A stretch of DNA of 64,000 bases from an uncultured Syntrophaceae bacterium (GCA_964564625.1 CAZMBE010000006.1:42998-106997); one strand, 5' to 3'. Shown: positions 36,349-45,713, counted from the first letter of the stretch. Translations and numbers: made by a program. The notes: generated by a model from the letters alone, not told the origin.

Positions 36349-39300
36349 CTACCGGGCAACCAAATGAAATCTCACCGTCGACTGGAGACCCGCCTCATCT
36401 AAAGCTCTTATAAAGATGGCATGACGGCCGGGGGGTAACTTTATCTTCGCTTCCCAGAATGATGATCCACTGGCGGTATTGAACATCCCGTCCTCGCCCA
36501 CGCGGAATTCCACACGCTGTATCCCCACGGAGTCCTTTACAAACCCGAGGATACTGATATTCTGTCCCGATGGTACCGGTTGATCTTCGGCGTGTGAAGA
36601 AATGAAAATCCTCGGCGGATCGAGCAAATCTTTCCCGTCAGAAGGCAAGAAATCTAAAAATCCCAAAGTCCCTGCAACGGTAGGGCCGATATCAACCATT
36701 TCCACGGCAGACCTGACGGTATGGCGGCGTCCCCCAGGCGGGTTCAGTATGAGGAGGGGTACATGGTCTTCCAGGCGTTCCCCCCTCCCATGCTGACCAA
36801 GATATATGCTGCCCCAAGGGGCGAAATAATAAGGACTCTTTGCTTCAATGAACAAATCTCCCGACCGGTTTGATCCGGAAAGCCCCACGGTACGCAACAC
36901 AATGCGTTCCGAGCTCTCTTCAGCCAGTCGCATTATGGTGGGAGCACCGTCACCTCGCTCCATCATGTACACAACTGGCTCATTTCCCGGTGTTTTAGCG
37001 CCGATAAAAAAAATCCGTGATACATACGGCTCTTTAATAATGAGAGCCGCCACTGCTTCAAGGTCGGCCTGTGAGGGCAGGGACTTCCAGTCGGCTCCAG
37101 GCGTGCGGATCGAGACAAGGGCCGCATTACCGTTCGAGTTTGCCATGGTGGCCACGCCAAAGTCGGTTGCATGCCTGTCGAGGTGACCCTCCGAATCCAA
37201 TGGCGGACGGTACGGGCTTTCCGCAAAGGCACGGTAGACTTTTTCAGCATCGATGGCGTACTCGTCCCTTCCTATGGTGTCTGCCTGTCCGTGATCGGAG
37301 ACGAGGAAGATCACTGTTTCATCGAGGAGACCTCGTACTTCGAGGGCTTTCACGAGATCTCCGATCAGAGGGTCGATCTTCTCTGCAACGTACTTCGCCT
37401 GCCGATCATCGGGACCTCCGGCGGGACCGGGGCCATGGGCATGAGACCACCCATCCAAACCGGATAGCCATATTGCCATGAGTTCCGGCGCATCGTCGCT
37501 CTTGATCATCTCCACAGACTTTTTCATGGCGGACTTATCCAGCAATGCGTATGAGTTCACAAAAGGCAGGATATTCAGGCTTACAATCGCGTCGACAAGA
37601 TCCGGATTGACAACTTTGTCCGCGCCTCGCCTTACCGGATCAAATACGACAGCGGTGAGGGCCTTTCTCCCTCGCTTTGCCTCCGCTTCCTTGAATGCTT
37701 CGTAAATAGTCCGGACATCAGAAGACATATCCACATCGTGAATCGGGGGGCCACCGAACGACCAGGAGCGGCCGAGACCGGGATCCTCCTCGGTGCCATA
37801 CTTGACATACTCACGCGATCGCTTATAGAGAGGTTTGTCTTCTTCGATGCTGCGGTCAAACCATTCATTGCCTGTGATCATGTGCCGACCTGGATACACT
37901 CCTGTGAATATTGTCGTGTGGTTGGGTAAGGTGAGAGAAGGGAGGGTAGCGAGGCATTTCTCGAAGCGAACCACGCCCCGTTCCCGGATGAGGCGGCTCA
38001 GGTTGGGAAGCTTTCCCTGATCGAGGGGGTAATATGCCGATTCATCTCTCAATGCATCCACCACCACTACAATGGCACGAGCCCTGATATCGAGACGTTT
38101 CCTGAGAAGCCGAAACGCCTGAAGAGCCTCAGATCCGGTTATCGGATCGAGTGGTTTAAAGGTTGGGACTTCACCGGGGGCGGGCTCAAAGAGGCCGAGA
38201 CCCCTCGCGAGATCCGCCGCGCTCTGGTACCAGGCGTCGGCCCTGACATCATTGAATCGGGGGGTTTTGCCGAGAAGCTTGGTCGGCAGGGTCGGATCCC
38301 TTGTGACCCTGGTGAGCACATCCTCGAGGATCACGACAAATTCCGCACGACTGACGACAGCGGTGGGACGGAACGTTTGATCAGGGAATGGCTCAAGCCC
38401 CCGTATTCCCATGACAAGGACACGGTTGATGTCCTCTCGATGGGGGCTTTCGGCAATATCTATGACAACCGGAGGGGTTCCGGGTTTTTCTATTGTCGGT
38501 TGCCATGTGGGAGAACCCTGGAGTGCGCGGAGGCGATCCACTCTGAGTTCTTGAATCAGCAGTGTTGCAACCTCCCCCCTGTTCACCTGGAGCATGAGTC
38601 CCAGTTTCTTGCCCGGTTCACTGCGCGGGGCGTATGAGTGGACTGCCCGGATCCGCTCGACTTGCATTTCGATGTCTTTCCCCGGGAGAGCCCCTTTCAT
38701 CCTCGCGCGTTCAAACGCCTCGAGGGAGCGGGAAAACAGGAGACCACGCTGAAAAATTTCGCCGAGTCTGAGGAGGCTCTCCTGGTCTTCAGCGCCGGCC
38801 AGTTCGAGAAGCGCCCACTCTCGTTCGGCAATGTCGAAACCATAGGAAGGAAGCTCGCCGCGGACACTCCCCTCAGCGAGAATCGTAATTGTTGCGCGGG
38901 CAACCAGGATTCGCTCTTCCTGAGAACCGGAGCGGATCATAGCCTGGCGGATTTCGGAAAGCGCCCGTGAGGTATTCCCGGTTTTTGAGAGTGCCTTGGC
39001 AAGTCCAAGTCTGGCTTCCGTGGATTCCTCGTTTTTTTGCACTGCCGACTGGTATTCGGAAAGAGCCTTCTCGAATTGAGCATTCGCGAACAATCGGTTT
39101 CCGGACTCGATCAGACTCTGGACATCCTTATCCGATACTCCTGGAGAGGTCTTTCGTCCCGCCTCCCGGTAAAATTTGATAGTCTTTTTGAGATCAAGGT
39201 ACTCCGGACTAAACCCGAAATCCTTCATCTCTGCGAGGGCCATGTCTTCGGACCACCCTTGCACCTGCATGCGGTAGACCGCTGCCATTATCCCGGTCCG

Positions 39301-39741
39301 CTCTTCTCCATAACGGCAATGAAAGAACACCGGTTTTGCGGAAGGGTCTGTGGCAATTTCGAGAAAACGAAGTATCGTTTCGCGTTTTAGCGTGTCAAAT
39401 ATGGGGAGTGGAATGTGTTCAATCCGGAACCCGAGTTCCTGTGCCGTCTTTTCGTAGGGAACCTCATCTCTCAGACAGATGAGGGTCTTTATGCGTTCCC
39501 GCGCTAATGCCCGCAGTCCATCCTCTGTGGGAGAAGCGCCCCGGTACACATCGGTATCCATGCGGGCAAATCGATCGATGCCGTCAACCTTGATACGTTC
39601 GGCCTTTGCGGGTGGATGCGGTACCAATGGCGCCTTGGCTGCCGCAACGCCAAAACAGCCTATCATACAAAGCATTGAAACAGTGAACCCAAGCACTATG
39701 GATCCGCCTCGCGTAGATTTTTTTGAACCTGAGTGTATCAT
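36349..39741 (-). CDS. Large exported multidomain protein: CX5R dual-specificity/tyrosine phosphatase, TPR-like region, SLH-like repeats, alkaline-phosphatase-superfamily (NPP/phosphodiesterase) domain and a C-terminal Ig-like domain
   Basis: 1130 aa. N-terminal hydrophobic signal or anchor. VFFHCRYGEERTG (HCX5R). FNDVRADAWYQSAADLARGLGLF and VVSRAEFVVILEDVL are SLH-like. VVVDALRDE, LPSLTLPNHTTIFTGVYPGRH and LVSDHGQ are AlkP/NPP core motifs. Confidence 0.75.
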   Translation of the reverse strand: MIHSGSKKSTRGGSIVLGFTVSMLCMIGCFGVAAAKAPLVPHPPAKAERIKVDGIDRFARMDTDVYRGASPTEDGLRALARERIKTLICLRDEVPYEKTAQELGFRIEHIPLPIFDTLKRETILRFLEIATDPSAKPVFFHCRYGEERTGIMAAVYRMQVQGWSEDMALAEMKDFGFSPEYLDLKKTIKFYREAGRKTSPGVSDKDVQSLIESGNRLFANAQFEKALSEYQSAVQKNEESTEARLGLAKALSKTGNTSRALSEIRQAMIRSGSQEERILVARATITILAEGSVRGELPSYGFDIAEREWALLELAGAEDQESLLRLGEIFQRGLLFSRSLEAFERARMKGALPGKDIEMQVERIRAVHSYAPRSEPGKKLGLMLQVNRGEVATLLIQELRVDRLRALQGSPTWQPTIEKPGTPPVVIDIAESPHREDINRVLVMGIRGLEPFPDQTFRPTAVVSRAEFVVILEDVLTRVTRDPTLPTKLLGKTPRFNDVRADAWYQSAADLARGLGLFEPAPGEVPTFKPLDPITGSEALQAFRLLRKRLDIRARAIVVVVDALRDESAYYPLDQGKLPNLSRLIRERGVVRFEKCLATLPSLTLPNHTTIFTGVYPGRHMITGNEWFDRSIEEDKPLYKRSREYVKYGTEEDPGLGRSWSFGGPPIHDVDMSSDVRTIYEAFKEAEAKRGRKALTAVVFDPVRRGADKVVNPDLVDAIVSLNILPFVNSYALLDKSAMKKSVEMIKSDDAPELMAIWLSGLDGWSHAHGPGPAGGPDDRQAKYVAEKIDPLIGDLVKALEVRGLLDETVIFLVSDHGQADTIGRDEYAIDAEKVYRAFAESPYRPPLDSEGHLDRHATDFGVATMANSNGNAALVSIRTPGADWKSLPSQADLEAVAALIIKEPYVSRIFFIGAKTPGNEPVVYMMERGDGAPTIMRLAEESSERIVLRTVGLSGSNRSGDLFIEAKSPYYFAPWGSIYLGQHGRGERLEDHVPLLILNPPGGRRHTVRSAVEMVDIGPTVAGTLGFLDFLPSDGKDLLDPPRIFISSHAEDQPVPSGQNISILGFVKDSVGIQRVEFRVGEDGMFNTASGSSFWEAKIKLPPGRHAIFIRALDEAGLQSTVRFHLVAR

Positions 39742-40017
39742 CCCCTTGCCTCCTCAGCTCATGGATTGTTCCGACATCGGCTATCGTCAACTTTATTTTC
39801 ATTACCGATCCCTGCAATTGCATCCGAACCGGTTCCTGCATTTTTTACCACAATTTGTGGTAAATTAGTATAGAAATGAACCTTTCTTTGGCGGCTCACT
39901 TCCATATCTGGTCCAGGTAACATGGGATACTCTTTTGCTTAACAATAAATTTATCTTGTATTTCCTCGAGAAAATACTTACTGTCTACATTGAATATAAG
40001 AAAAGGGAGGGAATTGC

Positions 40018-41322
40018 ATGGAAACACACCTTGATCCGAAACTTCCACTTTTGCAGGATGCCGACGTGGAGAACAAGATAGTCCTCCTTCGTGTTGACCA
40101 TAATGTGGTCAAGAAAGGAGCCATTGAAGACCCGTTCAGGATAGATCAGACTATTGGAACTATATTCAATATCGTCGAAAGGGGCGGCAGACCGATCATT
40201 ATGACGCATATAGGAAGGCCCCGGGACAAAACAGGCAAAATTAAAGTAGACAAATCAACGTCGGTGGAACCCATCGCAGAATATCTGGAGCGTAAACTGC
40301 ATACAAAGATCTACTGTCCCAGCTTCAGACCGGAAGGTGATGAAGGAATAAAAAGCATCGACACCTCGATAAATCTTGCTGTAAAAAATCTGAGAGAAAA
40401 GAAGATAGGCGCCATTTACCTCCCGAATACGAGATGGTTCCATGGCGAAGAGTCGAAAACAGAGTTCAGTGAAGATTTTGCACGCCAACTGGCCGGCTTG
40501 GCTGAAGTCTTTGTGAATGATGCCTTCGGCTCCTGGCAGCCGCATGTTTCCACCTATCACATCACGAAGTACCTCCCGTCGTTTGCAGGGTATCTCATGC
40601 AAAAGGAGATACAGAATCTTTCACAGGTTCTGCAGCCAGAAAGGCCGTTCATTTCTGTCGTGGCAGGCGCAAAATACAATACGAAAATAGGGCCCCTTAA
40701 TGAAATCTATAAAAAAGTGGATAAACTGATTCTTGGCGGGATCATTTACAACACCTACCTGTGCGCAAAGTATGATGTATCGATACGCGGTATTGAACCG
40801 GAAGATGTCGCAGCTGCGGGAAATCTTGTAGAGATGGATAAAACGCAGCACAAGATACTGGAACTTCCTTATGTGTATGAATCGGATACCATGGAAGGGA
40901 AGATAGAGGGGAAATACAGGGTCCGGTCGATACAGGAATTTAAAAAAGGCGCAAAACTTCCGTATATCCTGGATATAGCAAAAGAGTCGTTCGAAGATCC
41001 GGAGATATCGGAAACGCTGAATTCGGCAAGAACCATTTTTGTCAATGCAGTCATGGGATACACACCGCATTTTACGGAAGGCTCCGCTGCCCTGGACAGC
41101 AAAATCGATCAGAATGCAGCGGCAAATAAACTCTATGGAGGCGGGGATACGCTTCAGGAATTCAAAAATCTGTGCCCCGGTCTCTACCTATCCACGATCG
41201 ATAATTCGAAATACTATTTTTTTACGGGCGGCGGCACAGTGTTGAAAGCCATTGAGGAGGGAACTCCTTACGGCCTTGAGGCGGTGAAAGCGCTTATTGA
41301 CAACGGCGGGAAAGCTCCGTGA
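40018..41322 (+). CDS. Phosphoglycerate kinase family protein (divergent, 434 aa)
   Basis: VLLRVDHNV...IIMTHIGRP, FVNDAFGS, LGGIIYNTYL and FFTGGGTVLKAIEEG match the PGK fold. The canonical AHRAH(A)S segment is replaced by SWQPHVS. Confidence 0.7.
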   Translation: METHLDPKLPLLQDADVENKIVLLRVDHNVVKKGAIEDPFRIDQTIGTIFNIVERGGRPIIMTHIGRPRDKTGKIKVDKSTSVEPIAEYLERKLHTKIYCPSFRPEGDEGIKSIDTSINLAVKNLREKKIGAIYLPNTRWFHGEESKTEFSEDFARQLAGLAEVFVNDAFGSWQPHVSTYHITKYLPSFAGYLMQKEIQNLSQVLQPERPFISVVAGAKYNTKIGPLNEIYKKVDKLILGGIIYNTYLCAKYDVSIRGIEPEDVAAAGNLVEMDKTQHKILELPYVYESDTMEGKIEGKYRVRSIQEFKKGAKLPYILDIAKESFEDPEISETLNSARTIFVNAVMGYTPHFTEGSAALDSKIDQNAAANKLYGGGDTLQEFKNLCPGLYLSTIDNSKYYFFTGGGTVLKAIEEGTPYGLEAVKALIDNGGKAP

Positions 41323-41490
41323 CGTTCATGGAACTAATTCCATGGTGATTGGAATTAGTTTTGAGATAGCGTGATATCTTCTGCCAATCGGATCCAGGAA
41401 TACAGGCTCCGCCCGTAACTATAATCCATGAAGGACTTTGTACCCAGTGTGTCTGTGGGCTGATTCGCGGTTACTTTTTATCTGATTCCA

Positions 41491-42552
41491 TCACAGTCTC
41501 AACATAGAAAGATCCACATCGTCAATTCTGTCCGGTTGCCATCTCGGCTGATCATCCCTGTCGATAAGACGGGCCCGGATGCCTTCAAAAAAGTCCCCAT
41601 GCTTTATGATAAATTGCATTGCCCGGAAGTCTGACTCATACACCTTGTTCATGGGGAGATGCTCATTATGGCGCAATAGCTTCAAGGTCAGCACCAGCGC
41701 TGTCGGTGATCTTTCTGAAAGTCCCGAAAAGATTGCCTCACAGGGAGACAGATGGATGCGGCACGCGTGAAGAGATGCGATGATCTCCCGGAGTGATGAT
41801 TGTCCCGCAAAATGTTCCGCCATCCACTGGTCAACATCCGGTTTTGGCGCGATGTTTCTGTTAAAATATATACTAACCTCCCTCATCAACAGTGGCAATA
41901 GCTCTTTTGCGCTTGTCGCTTCTTTTATTCGGAATGTTTCAATGGTTTTTATCAGATCATGGACATTTTCCGATCTCGTCAGATGGGTAGCAAATCTCAG
42001 GCGGACGCACTCACTGCCCCGCATCTCAAAACTTGTTAGTCCCAGATATTCCGGATAACCAGGGGGACATTTGCCGAACATCCATCCGGTTGCACCCACA
42101 TCGGGGAAATATCCGATTCTTGTTTCCGGCATGGCCATACGGGTATTTTCCGTGGCGATAACCCAGTCTGCGCCGGATGCAATGCCAAGCCCCCCTCCCA
42201 TTGTGACGCCGTCAGCGATGACTATCACCGGCTTGGGGTAGCGGTGAATCATCAGATCAAGTTCGTATTCTTCCAGAAAAAACTGATTCACTTCTTCCAT
42301 GGCGTTGTTCTGAATGCACCAGGCCACACGCTTCATATCCCCTCCCGCGCAGAATCCCCGATGGCCCATACCGTAAAATAGAACCGACTTGCATTCGTCA
42401 TCCGTGAGCGCTTTTTTCAAATACCCGGAAACAAGACGGATCATTTCGAGGTTGAGGCTGTTCAATGCCTCTTGGCGATTGAGAATAATCGACATCCCTG
42501 CATCATGGCGAATGGATATGACAGGGGAATTTTCAAGGTCATTATTGTGCAT
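41491..42552 (-). CDS. Enoyl-CoA hydratase/isomerase superfamily protein, 3-hydroxyisobutyryl-CoA hydrolase-like (ECH_2)
   Basis: 353 aa. FCAGGDMK oxyanion-hole region and GVTMGGGLGIA. The long C-terminal helical extension is typical of the hydrolase subgroup. Confidence 0.8.
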   Translation of the reverse strand: MHNNDLENSPVISIRHDAGMSIILNRQEALNSLNLEMIRLVSGYLKKALTDDECKSVLFYGMGHRGFCAGGDMKRVAWCIQNNAMEEVNQFFLEEYELDLMIHRYPKPVIVIADGVTMGGGLGIASGADWVIATENTRMAMPETRIGYFPDVGATGWMFGKCPPGYPEYLGLTSFEMRGSECVRLRFATHLTRSENVHDLIKTIETFRIKEATSAKELLPLLMREVSIYFNRNIAPKPDVDQWMAEHFAGQSSLREIIASLHACRIHLSPCEAIFSGLSERSPTALVLTLKLLRHNEHLPMNKVYESDFRAMQFIIKHGDFFEGIRARLIDRDDQPRWQPDRIDDVDLSMLRL

Positions 42553-42690
42553 CAGTCTTACCGGCTCTTACATACAAGAGAAGAGCTGTTCAGGAATGTG
42601 GAAAAGGAAAAAATTCACTGCTGGTTTGTCATGCCGCAACGGTATCAGGAAAGCAGAATGAACCTGTTTACCATAAGGACGATTTGGTAA

Positions 42691-42915
42691 TTACCGGGAC
42701 ATTTCCGCGAGCACTTCTTCAACCTGTTTGCCTGACATAACACCCATATCCAATAATATCTCTCCTATCATGCTGTGGCGTCCTTCTTTAATTTCCTTTT
42801 TTACCTGCAGCATAAGGGCCGTGATGAGTTCATCGTCGGAGATGAATCCCTTTTCTATGGCGATAAGCCCGAAGCGCTTTTTATTATGTGCCAATGTATC
42901 CAGTTCTTTTATCAT
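42691..42915 (-). CDS. Stand-alone MshEN/T2SSE_N-like small protein (candidate c-di-GMP binder)
   Basis: 74 aa. RFGLIAIEKGFISDDELITALMLQ fits the 24-residue MshEN motif RLGxx(LVI)(LVI)xxG(LVI)(LVI)xxxxLxxxLxxQ. A second, weaker copy is MIGEILLDMGVMSGKQVEEVLAEM. Confidence 0.55.
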   Translation of the reverse strand: MIKELDTLAHNKKRFGLIAIEKGFISDDELITALMLQVKKEIKEGRHSMIGEILLDMGVMSGKQVEEVLAEMSR

Positions 42916-42991
42916 AAATTTTCTCCATATAATGTTATAGAGTAGTGATCATCACTGGAAAGATGGGGGTACCGTCTTTTTTCGCGGTAAT

Positions 42992-43339
42992 TTATGCCCT
43001 GATCATGATTAAAAGCATTTTAAATCTCTTCATGGCTTTCAGGGCGTGTGGTTCGTGCGCGGGCATGATGATCATTTCACTTTCCTTCACCTGGTGTGGT
43101 TTCCCGGATATATGGATTTCAGCCTCTCCATCTAAAATATACACGAGCGCATCGAAAGGTGCGATGTGTTCACTTAAGCCCTGCCCTTCATCAAAAGCAA
43201 AAATGGTCACGGTGCCCGTTTTTTTACCAACGATTTCCCGGCTTACAATTGCGCCGTCTTGATATCTGATAGAATCCCGTAACTGAAATGCCTGCGACGG
43301 AGATACTTTCGTCGTGCCTTGCGTGTCTTTAGCTGTCAT
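42992..43339 (-). CDS. Cupin domain protein
   Basis: 115 aa. Cupin motifs GLSEHIAPFDALVYILDGEAEI and MPAHEPHALKA. Confidence 0.8.
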   Translation of the reverse strand: MTAKDTQGTTKVSPSQAFQLRDSIRYQDGAIVSREIVGKKTGTVTIFAFDEGQGLSEHIAPFDALVYILDGEAEIHISGKPHQVKESEMIIMPAHEPHALKAMKRFKMLLIMIRA

Positions 43340-43602
43340 TTTTCATACTCCTTTTACTATACGTACAAAGTTCACATGAGGTAGTAGTAAAAACTGCATA
43401 CTTGCCGAGGTTCTTTGCAAGGGTAAGTCGAAACCCTGTGGAACGCAAAGGGGAAACAACGTGAGGAACTCATTCAATATCATTATAGTATGAGATCACT
43501 TCATATTACCCGTAATGCCTGATCAGATTATCCAAAACCTTCGCAGTTTTCTACAACCAAGCTTGCCCCGAGGCACCAATTGACCAATGTATAAAATAAT
43601 TT

Positions 43603-43644
43603 TTGACCTAAGTCAAAGATATCAGTATTATCAAATACTATATT
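43603..43644 (+). promoter_or_regulatory. FNR/CRP-family binding palindrome plus -10 box (class II-type promoter) upstream of fprA
   Basis: TTGAC-ctaa-GTCAA at 43603-43616. TATATT at 43639-43644. This places the palindrome centre near -41.5. Confidence 0.5.
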
Positions 43645-43797
43645 GAGGTCCTCCTGTGCAAGCGAATGTAGAGAGCAAAGCAGACGGGAAGGAAAGGGCA
43701 GTATCTATATTACTCCAAAGGGATAAGAGAGTAATACAGAAAGACCTCATTGATGAAAAGAAATGAAAATAAATTCTTTAGAAGAAAGGAGTTCAAC

Positions 43798-44988
43798 ATG
43801 AAATTACATATTAAAAACAACGTATCATGGGTCGGCAAGATCGATTGGGAACTCAGAAAATTTCACGGGGATGAATATTCAACACACCGTGGATCAACCT
43901 ATAATTCATACCTGATCGAGGAAGAAAAGGTTGTTGTGATTGACACAGTATGGGCTCCCTTTGCCAAGGAGTATGTTGCAAAGCTTGAAAAGATTATCGA
44001 CTTGAAGAAAATCGACTATGTCATCGCAAACCACGCGGAAATAGATCATAGCGGCTCCTTGCCGGAGCTCATGAGCCGCATTCCCGATACACCGATATAT
44101 TGTACCGCAAATGGTGTAAAATCCCTGAAAGGGCACTACCACCAGGACTGGAATTTTCAACAGGTTAAAACAGGGGATCGTTTGAGTCTTGGGAAAAAAG
44201 AATTGATATTTATAGAGGCGCCAATGCTTCACTGGCCCGACACCATGTTTTGTTATCTGACTGGCGATAATATTTTGTTCAGTAACGATGCCTTCGGCCA
44301 GCACTACGCGACGGAATTCATGTTCAATGATCTCGTCGACCAGGCGGAATTGATGGCGGAATGCGTAAAGTACTACGCGAATATCCTGACGCCGTTCAGT
44401 CAGTTGGTCGACAAAAAAATCAAGGAGGTTTTATCATTCAAACTGCCCGTTGATGTTATCTGTACAAGCCATGGAGTCATCTGGCGGGATAATCCGGTTC
44501 AAATTGTTGAGCAGTATGTGAAATGGGCGAACAGCTATAAGGAAAACCAGATTACCATCGCATACGACAGCATGTGGAACGGGACCCGTGTCATGGCGGA
44601 GAATATTGCTCACGGGATTAAACAATCCGATGAGAAAGTAAATGTGAAACTGTACAATATCGCAAAAGCGGATAAGAACGATGTGATCACGGAGATATTT
44701 AAATCCAAAGCCATTCTTGTCGGTTCGCCGACCATCAACAGGGGCATTCTGACGGGTGTCGCCAGCGTTCTCGAAGAAATAAAGGGATTGAGATTCCAAG
44801 ACAAAAAAGCGGCTGCCTTCGGCTGTTACGGATGGAGCGGAGAATCCGTAAAGATCATTTCACAGGACCTCGCAGCCGCGGGTTTCCAGGTCGTTAATGA
44901 GGGGATCAGGGCTATGTGGAACCCGGATGCCAAGAGCATTGAAGAGTGTATTGAATATGGCAGGAAGGCAGCCGAACTTTTTAACTAA
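43798..44988 (+). CDS. fprA: A-type flavoprotein (FprA / flavodiiron protein: metallo-beta-lactamase plus flavodoxin domains)
   Basis: Start at MKLHIKNNVSWVG (ATG at 43798, AAGGAG RBS). Di-iron ligand motif NHAEIDHSG. C-terminal flavodoxin module (ILVGSPTINRG, FGCYGWSGE). Confidence 0.9.
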   Translation: MKLHIKNNVSWVGKIDWELRKFHGDEYSTHRGSTYNSYLIEEEKVVVIDTVWAPFAKEYVAKLEKIIDLKKIDYVIANHAEIDHSGSLPELMSRIPDTPIYCTANGVKSLKGHYHQDWNFQQVKTGDRLSLGKKELIFIEAPMLHWPDTMFCYLTGDNILFSNDAFGQHYATEFMFNDLVDQAELMAECVKYYANILTPFSQLVDKKIKEVLSFKLPVDVICTSHGVIWRDNPVQIVEQYVKWANSYKENQITIAYDSMWNGTRVMAENIAHGIKQSDEKVNVKLYNIAKADKNDVITEIFKSKAILVGSPTINRGILTGVASVLEEIKGLRFQDKKAAAFGCYGWSGESVKIISQDLAAAGFQVVNEGIRAMWNPDAKSIEECIEYGRKAAELFN

Positions 44989-45052
44989 CTAATCTGTCTT
45001 TTGACGTCACATTTTTGGATCAATTTCCGGCCTGGCGAATTTCCATAATCCC

Positions 45053-45072
45053 CGCCCCTTGGGCGGGGACTT
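45053..45072 (+). terminator. Stem-loop downstream of fprA (probable terminator, no U-tract)
   Basis: CCCCGCC-cctt-GGCGGGG hairpin about 65 nt after the stop. Confidence 0.35.
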
Positions 45073-45135
45073 TCATCCCCTGTAGAAAAATTCAAGTTAC
45101 ATCTTGCGCAGACGCGAAAATCGTTGTTTGTTCAC

Positions 45136-45164
45136 TTGACAAATTATGAGCCTATGCTTATAAA
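45136..45164 (+). promoter_or_regulatory. Sigma-70-type promoter of the DUF134 cluster
   Basis: TTGACA (45136-45141), 17 nt, TATAAA (45159-45164). The ATG is at 45189. Confidence 0.55.
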
Positions 45165-45188
45165 TATCGCTATAGAAAGGGAATCATC

Positions 45189-45605
45189 ATGGCAAGACCG
45201 AGGAATTGCAGGAGAGTGGCGTGTCTCCCCGAAAGCCGGTATTTCAAGCCAAGAGGAATCCCTCTTTCCGCTCTTGAGGAGATAAATTTAACGATTGATG
45301 AATTCGAAGCTATTCGTTTAGCCGATCTCGAGGGCCTGTACCAGGAGCAGGCTGCGGAAAGAATGAACATCTCCCGGCAGACATTCGGAAGGATTATCGG
45401 TTCCGCGCATAGAAAGTTGGCGGAGGTATTGGTTGCAGGAAAAGCGCTAAAGATAGAAGGAGGTGATTTTGAGGTAGACGAGGTGAGAAAATTTACATGC
45501 TACGACTGTCAACATTCATGGGAACTTCCTCATGGGACAGGCAGGCCTGGGAACTGCCCTTCCTGTCAGAGTGTAACGATACATAGAGCGGAAGAAAACA
45601 GATGA
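45189..45605 (+). CDS. DUF134 (UPF0251) family predicted DNA-binding protein with C-terminal zinc ribbon
   Basis: 138 aa. MARPRNCRRV...YFKPRGIP...LTIDEFEAIRLADLEGLYQEQAAERMNISRQTFGRI is the DUF134 signature. The C-terminus has CYDC...CPSC. Confidence 0.8.
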   Translation: MARPRNCRRVACLPESRYFKPRGIPLSALEEINLTIDEFEAIRLADLEGLYQEQAAERMNISRQTFGRIIGSAHRKLAEVLVAGKALKIEGGDFEVDEVRKFTCYDCQHSWELPHGTGRPGNCPSCQSVTIHRAEENR

Positions 45606-45713
45606 TGTGCTATTGATGGACGCAGAGGCACAAGGCAGGGCTTCGGGTGTCGCGGAATGCGGCAAAAATAACGTCAAAGAAAATACTATTTTATTTGAAA
45701 TGGAGATTGAATT

